A stretch of 33,704 nt of DNA, from the IMG/VR virus record IMGVR_UViG_3300006115_000038, positions 1 through 33,704 of that record; one strand, given 5' to 3'. Shown here piece by piece: positions 26,063 to 33,704 of this stretch. The first letter of the stretch is position 1; every line of letters begins with the position of its first letter. This DNA is from a virus. Lineage: Duplodnaviria; Caudoviricetes. The notes below the pieces were generated by a model. It did not search any database and was not told the origin of the DNA. It saw only the letters and a list, made by a program, of their open reading frames with translations. Position numbers and translations under genes: made by a program.

Positions 26063-26689
26063 GTGAAATATCTTCAAGAACACTTAACATTCGACCAAGC
26101 AGGAATGGTCGTTGAGAGCGATGAAAGAGACGGAAAGAATCTCTATATGAAGGGGATCTTTATCCAGGGTGGCGTGCGTAACGCCAACCAACGGGTTTAT
26201 CCTGTTTCCGAAATTGCTAAGGCTGTCAAAACACTTAATGACCAGATAGCCGGCGGATACAGTGTGCTAGGAGAAGTAGACCATCCACAAGATCTAAAGA
26301 TTAATCTCGATAGAGTTAGCCACATGATCACAGAAATGTGGATGGAAGGTTCCAATGGAATCGGCAAATTAAAGATTATGCCAACTCCAATGGGTCAGTT
26401 AGTGAAAACACTAGTTGAATCAGGTGTAAAGCTAGGTGTCAGCAGCAGAGGTAGTGGCGAAGTTTCAGAAAACGGTACAGGTCAAGTTAGCAATTTCGAG
26501 ATCATTACTGTTGATGTTGTCGCACAACCTTCAGCTCCTGGCGCCTATCCCACACCGATTTATGAACACCTCATGAATACTAGAGGTGGTAACAAGGCAT
26601 TTAATTTAGCACAGCAGGTTAGGCAAGATCCCAAGGCACAGAAATTTTTAAAAGAACAACTCGTAAATATCATACGAGGGCTCCAATAA
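26063..26689 (+). CDS. gp21: Prohead protease
   Basis: GIFIQGGVRNANQRVYP, LGEVDHP, PTPMG, LGVSSRGSG and DVVAQPSAPGAY motifs. GTG start. Confidence 0.95.
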   Translation: MKYLQEHLTFDQAGMVVESDERDGKNLYMKGIFIQGGVRNANQRVYPVSEIAKAVKTLNDQIAGGYSVLGEVDHPQDLKINLDRVSHMITEMWMEGSNGIGKLKIMPTPMGQLVKTLVESGVKLGVSSRGSGEVSENGTGQVSNFEIITVDVVAQPSAPGAYPTPIYEHLMNTRGGNKAFNLAQQVRQDPKAQKFLKEQLVNIIRGLQ

Positions 26690-26705
26690 AGTAGGAGATA
26701 CACAT

Positions 26706-27791
26706 ATGTTGGAAGTATTAAAACAGCTATTTGAGAACAATGTGGTTTCCGAGGACATAAAAGCGGAGATCGAAGAGTCTTGGAACAAAAGAATCCAAGA
26801 AAATCGCGACCATGTTACTGCAGAGCTTCGTGAAGAATTTGCACGTAAGTTTGAACACGAAAAGTCAATAATGGTAGAATCACTTGACAGGATGCTTTCA
26901 GAGCGCCTCTCAACTGAGATATCAGAATTTGTTGAAGATCGTAAGCAACTTATCGAGGCCAAGGCCACTTATGCAAAGAAAATGAAGAAAGATTCGGCTA
27001 TGATGAAGGAATTTGTATTCCGTAGTCTAGGAAACGAACTTTCAGAATTACACGAAGATCACAAGAGAATGTCAAGTAATTTCGCAAAGCTAGAAGAGTT
27101 CGTAGTGACTCAGTTAGCTAGGGAAATCTCAGAATTCCATATAGATAAGAAGGACGTAGTTGAGACCAAAGTTGCTCTAGTAAGAGAAGCTAAGGCACAA
27201 CTTGATGCAGTGAAATCAAACTTCATCAAGCGTTCAGCTAAGATGGTTGAAGAGACAGTTGTAAAGACTCTAAAGACAGAGATGCATCAACTGAGAGAAG
27301 ACATTAGCTCTGCAAGAGAAAACGATTTTGGTCGTAGGCTCTTTGAAGCGTTTGCTTCGGAATATACACACAGCTATCTCAACGAAAAGAGTGAAGTTAA
27401 GAAGGTAATTGCAGTACTCCATCAGAGAGAGCAAGAGCTTGCTGAAGCTTATTCACATATCAATCAAACATCACAGTTGGTTGAAAGTAAAGAAAACGAG
27501 ATTGCACGTATGCGTGACTTAACACAGCGCAAAGAGATCATTAGTGAACTCTTATCACCGCTAGGAAGAGATAAAAAGGACGTCATGGCTTCACTATTAG
27601 AAAGTGTTGCTACACCAAAGCTACGTTCTGCATATGACAAATACCTACCATCAGTATTAAACGAAGGTACGTCAACAACTAAACAGGCACTTACTGAATC
27701 CAAGGCAGTTACAGGCAATAAACAAGTTGAAACTTTAGATGCTGCTACCAGCAACATCATAGACATCCGTAGACTAGCGGGATTAAAATAA
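26706..27791 (+). CDS. gp22: Prohead core scaffolding protein
   Basis: Coiled-coil, Glu-rich 361-aa protein between protease and capsid genes. SD AGGAG. Confidence 0.8.
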   Translation: MLEVLKQLFENNVVSEDIKAEIEESWNKRIQENRDHVTAELREEFARKFEHEKSIMVESLDRMLSERLSTEISEFVEDRKQLIEAKATYAKKMKKDSAMMKEFVFRSLGNELSELHEDHKRMSSNFAKLEEFVVTQLAREISEFHIDKKDVVETKVALVREAKAQLDAVKSNFIKRSAKMVEETVVKTLKTEMHQLREDISSARENDFGRRLFEAFASEYTHSYLNEKSEVKKVIAVLHQREQELAEAYSHINQTSQLVESKENEIARMRDLTQRKEIISELLSPLGRDKKDVMASLLESVATPKLRSAYDKYLPSVLNEGTSTTKQALTESKAVTGNKQVETLDAATSNIIDIRRLAGLK

Positions 27792-27797
27792 GGAGTT

Positions 27798-28982
27798 ATG
27801 AAAACAATGTCAACACTATTAGAAAGCCGCTGGCACGAGACTAAAGAGGCACTACTAGAAGGCCTAAATGGTACTCGTAGATCAGTGATGGGGGTTACAC
27901 TCGAGAATACACGCAAGTATCTCGCAGAAAGCGCCACAGCTGGAGCAACATCAGCAGGTAACGTTGCCACCCTAAACAGGGTGATTCTTCCAGTAATTCG
28001 TCGTGTTATGCCGACAGTTATTGCAAACGAACTAGTTGGCGTACAGCCAATGACTGGTCCAGTAGGACAAATCCACACATTACGTGTGCGCTATGCAGAC
28101 ACTAACGCATCAGCTGGTGTTGTAGCAGGCGAAGAAGCACTAAGCCCATTCAAGATTGCTTCTGCTTACTCAGGTAATGCTACCCAGAGTAATCCAAAGG
28201 CAAGCTCAACAGCTACTCTTGAAGGCGCTGCTGGTAACCGTCTAAGCATCCAGATCTTAAAGCAGATCGTAGAAGCTAAGACACGTAAGCTATCAGCTCG
28301 TTGGACTTTTGAATCCGCACAGGATGCTCAAGCACAACAAGGTATCGATATCGAAGCAGAAATCATGGCAGCACTTGCTCAGGAAATCACTGCTGAAATC
28401 GACCAGGAAATCCTAACATCACTACGTAACTTAGCTGGTTCACCAACTGAAGTTTACGATCAGGCTGCTGTTTCAGGTACTGCTACATTCGTTGGTGACG
28501 AACACGCTGCTCTAGCTGTTCAGATCAATCGTGTTGCTAACCTAATCGCACAGCGCACACGTCGTGGTGCAGGTAACTATGCTGTTGTTACTCCATTCGC
28601 TCTAACTATCCTACAGAGCGCAACAACTTCAGCATTTGCTCGTACAACTGAAGGTACTTTTGAAGCACCAACTAATACTAAGTTCGTTGGTACTCTAAAC
28701 AGTGCGATGCGTGTTTATGTTGACTCATACGCACAGGATAGCACTTCAATCCTAATCGGTTATAAGGGTTCAAGCGAATCAGACGCACCTGCGTTCTACT
28801 GCCCATACATTCCTCTAATGTCAAGCGGTGTCGTACTTGATCCAACTACTTTCGAGCCAGTCGTAAGCTTCATGACACGTTATGGTTATGTAGAGCTTTC
28901 AAATGCTGCATCATCACTAGGTAATGCTGCTGACTACCTCGGTCTAGTAGGTATCACTAACGGAAACGTAAAGTTCTCCTAA
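27798..28982 (+). CDS. gp23: Major capsid protein
   Basis: LPVIRRVMP..IANELVGVQPMTGPVGQI..LR, EAKTRKLSARWTFE.AQD, EITAEIDQEI, AFYCPYIPL and FEPVVSFMTRYG. SD spacing favours ATG 27807 as the real start. Confidence 0.97.
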   Translation: MKTMSTLLESRWHETKEALLEGLNGTRRSVMGVTLENTRKYLAESATAGATSAGNVATLNRVILPVIRRVMPTVIANELVGVQPMTGPVGQIHTLRVRYADTNASAGVVAGEEALSPFKIASAYSGNATQSNPKASSTATLEGAAGNRLSIQILKQIVEAKTRKLSARWTFESAQDAQAQQGIDIEAEIMAALAQEITAEIDQEILTSLRNLAGSPTEVYDQAAVSGTATFVGDEHAALAVQINRVANLIAQRTRRGAGNYAVVTPFALTILQSATTSAFARTTEGTFEAPTNTKFVGTLNSAMRVYVDSYAQDSTSILIGYKGSSESDAPAFYCPYIPLMSSGVVLDPTTFEPVVSFMTRYGYVELSNAASSLGNAADYLGLVGITNGNVKFS

Positions 28983-29004
28983 TATCTTTAGGAAAACAAA
29001 TATC

Positions 29005-29033
29005 AAAAGCGAGTGGAAACACTCGCTTTTTTT
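29005..29033 (+). terminator. Intrinsic terminator after major capsid gene
   Basis: AAAAGCGAGTG-GAAA-CACTCGC followed by TTTTTTT. Confidence 0.9.
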
Positions 29034-29044
29034 ATGACTAGCAC

Positions 29045-29072
29045 TTGACATACAGCTATTGTTTGTTAAAAT
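29045..29072 (+). promoter_or_regulatory. Sigma70-type promoter
   Basis: TTGACA (29045-29050), 16-nt spacer, TAAAAT (29067-29072) with an extended -10 TG. Confidence 0.65.
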
Positions 29073-29077
29073 AAAAT

Positions 29078-29353
29078 ATGATACCAGAAATTAAAGATCC
29101 ACAAGATTGGTATACCGTTGAGCTAATGTTAAAGCAGATGTCTCGCAATCTGCCAGAATTTCGCCATGATTATTTTAAACTAGTTAAAAATATTGAAACT
29201 AAAATCACTGAATTAGGAAAAATTGATATCGAATTACGTAATAGATATTCGATTACATACAAACAAAAAAGAACAGAAAAATTACGTGAAATAAACGATG
29301 CAATACGTATGTTCTCCAAAATGCATCTAATAGCTTCTCTAGCTAAAAGATAA
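29078..29353 (+). CDS. Hypothetical helical protein (91 aa), probably expressed early
   Basis: ORF between the capsid terminator and the next late box, with its own sigma70-type promoter and no SD. Confidence 0.7.
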   Translation: MIPEIKDPQDWYTVELMLKQMSRNLPEFRHDYFKLVKNIETKITELGKIDIELRNRYSITYKQKRTEKLREINDAIRMFSKMHLIASLAKR

Positions 29354-29356
29354 ATA
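29350..29356 (+). promoter_or_regulatory. Late promoter-like box ATAAATA
   Basis: Overlaps the stop of the 91-aa gene, 70 nt upstream of ATG 29427. Confidence 0.6.
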
Positions 29357-29426
29357 CATATGCCTCGAATGGTTTATGCGGTAATCCATCCGCGTAGAGC
29401 TTAGAACGCTATAAAGGAGAAAAAAA

Positions 29427-30524
29427 ATGGCACGTTCATTAAATAAGAAATATTTTGGTAATAGAAACGTAGGTGCTGACGACACATTAACAACAGGTGA
29501 AGTACTTACAGCCGGTGCAGAAATTGGTGGTGAAGGTATTGCTAGTATTAACTGGGCAAGCCTCGGCACATTCCGCACGACTCCAGTAGGTTTGGCACTT
29601 CCAGCCCCAACAATAGCAGGCGGTGTACAAGCAGTTTGGAGTGCAATTACATATCGTGTTAACGGTGTTGTAACTTCAGCAGGTAAAACAAACTTAGCAG
29701 TAGGTTGGAAAGGAACTAGTTCATTCTTTCCAGGCATGATTGCAGTTGTAACTAGCGTATCCGGTTCTAATGCTGTATTCAGTATCCTATCAAGTGATGG
29801 TGGTTCAGCAGGTAGCGATCTTAGTTCTGTTCCAAACAGTGGAAACACGAATACAATTACTTTAACAAAATCAGCAGGCGGTGGTACAGCAGGAACATTT
29901 ACTGTTGACGTTAATTTACAGATTGTTCCAATGACTATTGTTACTCAAGGATCTGGCTACACTGGTTCAGAAACATTTACTGTTACAGTAGCAGGCGGTA
30001 TGGATCCCCCAGCTGGAACTATTGTATTAACTACTGATACTGGATCAGTTGGTTCAGTAACTAATCGTGAAAATGCAATCGTTGCTTATGCTTATATTGG
30101 TAGTTCTCTAGTTGAAGTTGATATCCAACGCCAAGTATCTTCAAAGCGTTATCGTGTAAACAAGAGCGGTGACACTAGCAGAGAAGGTGCAAGAATTGCT
30201 CGAATACGTTATGATGCTGTAGCAGATGGTACTAAAGGGTATACTGCATCGGAAGGTGTTGAATTAAATATCGTTGCTATTGATAGCGATGGCGGAACAT
30301 ATCTAGTTCGCAAGCTAACAAATCATAACGCTGTTGTAGTTCCAATGGCAATCAGTCGTCTAAGCTCAAGTGCAGGCGTACAGTTTCCAGCAACGACAGA
30401 TGCCTACGGAATCGTGCGCCATAAGAGCGTTCCTTGGACTTTCAACGGAACAACTGCTCCTAAGGTGCTTAACGAACGTCCATTGCTACAATCTGGTGTA
30501 AACGTAAAGCTTGAGAACGCTTAA
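29427..30524 (+). CDS. Putative virion structural protein (365 aa)
   Basis: Strong SD AAGGAG, late box, G/T/S/V-rich beta-type composition, downstream of the capsid gene. Confidence 0.6.
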   Translation: MARSLNKKYFGNRNVGADDTLTTGEVLTAGAEIGGEGIASINWASLGTFRTTPVGLALPAPTIAGGVQAVWSAITYRVNGVVTSAGKTNLAVGWKGTSSFFPGMIAVVTSVSGSNAVFSILSSDGGSAGSDLSSVPNSGNTNTITLTKSAGGGTAGTFTVDVNLQIVPMTIVTQGSGYTGSETFTVTVAGGMDPPAGTIVLTTDTGSVGSVTNRENAIVAYAYIGSSLVEVDIQRQVSSKRYRVNKSGDTSREGARIARIRYDAVADGTKGYTASEGVELNIVAIDSDGGTYLVRKLTNHNAVVVPMAISRLSSSAGVQFPATTDAYGIVRHKSVPWTFNGTTAPKVLNERPLLQSGVNVKLENA

Positions 30525-30535
30525 GAAGGACTAAA

Positions 30536-31792
30536 ATGACAGCCAATGTCGTAAGAGTTAACAGCAACTACAAAATCCAATCAATCGAGGGTGGTCAAAT
30601 CATCCTCGATACTGGACAAAACCCTGACGGTAGTTATGGTACTGTAAATGTTATTGGTAATTTAAGCGTCATCGGTGAAGCTACTGTTATTACCAGTAAT
30701 GTTGTTAGCATACAAGATGTTATAATCACGTTAAATGTAGGTGAAAACGGTAACGGTGTAACCGGATCTATATCAGAACCTCATCAAAGCGGTCTTGAAA
30801 TCGCTAGAGGAACTGCTATTACTGGTGTTGCTAAATGGTTATGGGATGATTCTCAAAACTGGACTAACCCACATTCTAATACTATACAAAAAGGTATGTG
30901 GGTTAGTAGCACAGCTAGTGGCGGATTGAATGGAATACAAACAAATGCTATCACTACTGGAAGCACAGGAGACAATCTATATCTGTTAAGTTCCGGTACT
31001 TCAGTAGTTTCAGTTACTGGAACTAGCAGCTACGAAAATCAAGTTTTAGACTATAATAACGGTTTAGTTTACAAAGATAAAGATATTATTCCAAATATAA
31101 AAGCCGTAACAGATAGGATATCATATGATCTGACTAACTTCTCTAGTAATTTTATTAGGAGAAATGATAGTAGCATATCGATATATGATAGCAACATAAG
31201 TGAGAAAATTGTTAGTTATAATACAGGTGGAAATTCTGTGTACATTACATTAAACCATTTTCCTACTTCAAATACTTCTTTACAAATTACTACGTCATCA
31301 TATGTTACTATAATTGGCTCAAATAGTATTAATTTAAATGGCACTTGGCCGGTTATTACTGCGGTAGCAAGCGCATCGTATTTTGTTATACAGATAGCAG
31401 TACCTAGCAGCTATTCTGATTTACCTTGGTCCGGAAATATCACTATACAATCTTATAATAGTAATGTACAAATAATATTAGATAGCAGCACTGTTGCTTC
31501 ATTTTATGGAAATTATATAAACTTATTTGATGTATCTATAGCTAACGATACTATATCTACTGTAACATCTGGGAACGATCTTGTCTTGCAAGGGTTAGGA
31601 AGTGGCGCAGTAAAAATAAACGATACGCTCACACTAACTAACCAAAGCGCTCCTAGCTCAACAGCTAATACTACTAAGGTCTATTCGGCCGCCCACGGTG
31701 CAGGTAATACAGGATTATTTTTTGTAAATACTTCATATAGCGATGAGTTTATTAGCAAAAAGAAAGCTATCGCTTTCAGCATACTAATGTAA
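30536..31792 (+). CDS. Putative virion structural / fibre-associated protein (418 aa)
   Basis: S/T/N/G-rich; DVIITLNVGE...SGLEIARG...WLWDD segment; C-terminal ISKKKAIAFSILM. Confidence 0.55.
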   Translation: MTANVVRVNSNYKIQSIEGGQIILDTGQNPDGSYGTVNVIGNLSVIGEATVITSNVVSIQDVIITLNVGENGNGVTGSISEPHQSGLEIARGTAITGVAKWLWDDSQNWTNPHSNTIQKGMWVSSTASGGLNGIQTNAITTGSTGDNLYLLSSGTSVVSVTGTSSYENQVLDYNNGLVYKDKDIIPNIKAVTDRISYDLTNFSSNFIRRNDSSISIYDSNISEKIVSYNTGGNSVYITLNHFPTSNTSLQITTSSYVTIIGSNSINLNGTWPVITAVASASYFVIQIAVPSSYSDLPWSGNITIQSYNSNVQIILDSSTVASFYGNYINLFDVSIANDTISTVTSGNDLVLQGLGSGAVKINDTLTLTNQSAPSSTANTTKVYSAAHGAGNTGLFFVNTSYSDEFISKKKAIAFSILM

Positions 31793-31802
31793 GGTAAAGA
31801 TA

Positions 31803-32114
31803 ATGGCAATAGCAAATGTTCCAGTAGGAAATACAAACACAACGATTTATAACAGCTCTGGCGATTTTCTGATCGCTACTATGATATTCTGCAATACTAC
31901 TAATTCAACATCTGCCAATCTAACACTTTATCTTGTTCCTAGCGGAGGTAGCGTAGGAACAGGTAGCATGATAGTGAACACACTAACGATCCCTCCAACA
32001 GAAACAGTTTTCTTTGATACAGAGAAATTAGTATTAGCTAGTGGAGATACTATAGTTGCTATAAGTTCTGTAGCAAGCACTATCACTTGCACTATAAGCA
32101 CGGTGGCTATCTAA
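31803..32114 (+). CDS. Small putative virion protein (103 aa)
   Basis: Beta-rich sequence (MIFCN...LYLVP...IPPTETVFF..EKLVLASGDTI), co-oriented within the late operon. Confidence 0.6.
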   Translation: MAIANVPVGNTNTTIYNSSGDFLIATMIFCNTTNSTSANLTLYLVPSGGSVGTGSMIVNTLTIPPTETVFFDTEKLVLASGDTIVAISSVASTITCTISTVAI

Positions 32115-32639
32115 ATGAGATTCCTTAAAGCCCAAAACTTAAACAAATATAGGAGGACTGATCAAACAGTTTCTTATGATCGTTTTGGACAGATAAATTT
32201 AAAAACCACTCTCAGTCTGTTGTTGCCCGTAGGAACAACTGGACAAGAACCTGCTAGTCCAGTAAATGGTGAGATAAGATATAATAATAGCACCAATGAG
32301 ATTGAAGCATATTCTAATAATGCGTGGAGGGCGTTGAGATATAAAGAACCAACGCAAATAACTATACAGGCACTAGCAACTGGTGACTATGCCACGACTG
32401 TATTTGGACCACTGACTCCAACTAGCCAATCTAATTATCCTAATAGCAATGGCATAACGGTATATGGTGTTAACTATGGTGCTAATATAATGGTATATGT
32501 AGAAAACGTATTCCAGATTTTTGGAGTCAACTATACTGTCGTACAGAATCCTGTAGGATTTGTTAACGGTTGGTATCTGTCTTTCGTAGAAGCTCCTCCA
32601 ACAAAACCAATAACGGTCATATACGGTTTCGATAACTGA
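32115..32639 (+). CDS. Putative virion / fibre-associated protein (174 aa)
   Basis: Contains LPVGTTGQEPASPVNGEIRYNNSTNEIEAY and IMVYVENVFQ...YTV modules seen in phage fibre and structural proteins. Confidence 0.6.
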   Translation: MRFLKAQNLNKYRRTDQTVSYDRFGQINLKTTLSLLLPVGTTGQEPASPVNGEIRYNNSTNEIEAYSNNAWRALRYKEPTQITIQALATGDYATTVFGPLTPTSQSNYPNSNGITVYGVNYGANIMVYVENVFQIFGVNYTVVQNPVGFVNGWYLSFVEAPPTKPITVIYGFDN

Positions 32640-32644
32640 TACGC

Positions 32645-32652
32645 TATAAATA
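32645..32652 (+). promoter_or_regulatory. Late promoter TATAAATA
   Basis: Exact T4 late consensus followed by SD GAGG and ATG 32670. Confidence 0.75.
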
Positions 32653-32669
32653 TAGTGTGAGGTAAACAT

Positions 32670-33704
32670 ATGAGCCAATTAGCTAGGATTTCGGGTCCGT
32701 TATTAACAAACAATCTCTTGCGCAACGGAGTAGATCTAGCGTTTGAAACTAGCCTACTTTATCTAGATGTTGCTGATAATAGGATAGGTGTAAACACCGC
32801 TGGTCCTACTAGAGATTTGACTATCGTAGGAACTACGAATATAGCGAACGATCTAATTGCTACTTCAAAGGCAAAAGTCGCTAACATAGCTTTTGGTCCT
32901 GATAACAATATCTCTACTATTACCGGCAGTTTATTTTTATCTGCTACTACGATAACTAGCGCAACATTAGCGACCGATAATCTGCTGATTAGCAATAATG
33001 AAATACAATCTATAATCAACAATTCCGATATCATAATAACAGATGCGAATGGCTTCAACATATATTCTAACACAGTCAATCACGGTGATATGGAAGTCAC
33101 CGGAAACATATTGATTGATACTAATCTGCACGTTTTTGGTAACCTAAATCTTGGATCTAATTCACAAGCAACTGATGATATAACATTTAGCGGTGAATTA
33201 GGTAATGATCTTTTTCCTACTCGAAACAATTATTACCAATTAGGTTATCATAATGAAAAATGGAAAGACGTTTATCTAGGTACTGCGGCGATCAGTTCAA
33301 ACATAATTATAGATTCTACAGGTTTGATAAACACCATAACTTCAAATTCTAGCTTGACTCTTTCGGGTATGTCAGGTAATGTTATCGTTGGAAGTTTACA
33401 ATTTAATAACAATATAATAGCATCAACTGCTACTAATAGCACAATCACAATCACACCAGGATCTGGTGCTAGTGCAGTTATTAGTAGTACTAGTGCTATG
33501 CAGATTCCGGTAGGTTCTGAAACTGATAGACCTTCTATGTCTAGTGCAGATATAAGATATTCAACTACTGATGGTAGATATAGGGGCTATGGCACAAGCA
33601 ATATAACATTTGGTGGAATATTTTCAGACGACAGGTTAACATATGTTACACCTGAATCAACATTAAATGCTAACGACAAAGTCATAAATTTTACAATAAA
33701 TGGA
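32670..33704 (+). CDS. Tail-fibre-like structural protein, runs off the right edge of the window
   Basis: Not in the ORF track because no stop lies in the window. Reads MSQLARISGPLLTNNLLRNGVDLAFETSLLYLDVADNRIGVNTAGPTRDLTIVG... and stays open for 345 codons, with beta-repeat composition. Confidence 0.75.
   Translation, partial: MSQLARISGPLLTNNLLRNGVDLAFETSLLYLDVADNRIGVNTAGPTRDLTIVGTTNIANDLIATSKAKVANIAFGPDNNISTITGSLFLSATTITSATLATDNLLISNNEIQSIINNSDIIITDANGFNIYSNTVNHGDMEVTGNILIDTNLHVFGNLNLGSNSQATDDITFSGELGNDLFPTRNNYYQLGYHNEKWKDVYLGTAAISSNIIIDSTGLINTITSNSSLTLSGMSGNVIVGSLQFNNNIIASTATNSTITITPGSGASAVISSTSAMQIPVGSETDRPSMSSADIRYSTTDGRYRGYGTSNITFGGIFSDDRLTYVTPESTLNANDKVINFTING

Noticed and set aside
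27464-28078. 204-aa antisense ORF and other opposite-strand or nested ORFs (for example 21717-22346, 25604-26083, 29339-29848, 13101-13424)
   Set aside because: They are shadows of well-supported genes on the other strand, with no motifs or ribosome-binding sites of their own.
14317-28982. Inteins or introns in gp47, gp46, portal, protease or capsid genes
   Set aside because: Lengths are near or below family norms, frames are uninterrupted and no intein terminal motifs were seen.
1-33704. Stop-codon reassignment (none of the 26 complete genes ends in TAG)
   Set aside because: Conserved genes are full length under the standard code with no in-frame TAG, so TAG is simply rare.

Overview
This window is a segment of a large T4-superfamily-like myophage genome (AT-rich, standard genetic code, no tRNA, CRISPR or IS found). 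From left to right it contains: (1) a minus-strand baseplate block (partial giant wedge-like protein, gp6-, gp25-, gp5-, hub-, gp53- and tube-initiator-like genes); (2) a plus-strand island with sigma70-type promoters (gp55-like late sigma factor, gp47/gp46 Mre11-Rad50 nuclease, a small basic protein, two GIY-YIG endonucleases); (3) about 440 bp of non-coding DNA; (4) a gp26-like/gp51-like pair divergent from a tape-measure-like gene; (5) the head module (portal gp20, acidic core protein, protease gp21, scaffold gp22, major capsid gp23); (6) further virion and fibre-like genes. Late genes are preceded by (T)ATAAATA or ATAAGTA boxes. The most unusual element is a candidate structured RNA of about 330 nt and about 50% GC (18478-18810) directly downstream of the GIY-YIG genes. 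It has many helices, two GAAA tetraloops, at least two long-range loop pairings and a twice-repeated box motif, and I cannot assign it to a known family. Also notable are a candidate -1 frameshift fusing the gp26-like and gp51-like ORFs and a perfect 69-bp duplication in the tape-measure-like gene. All protein calls come from motif recognition and synteny; no database searches were run.
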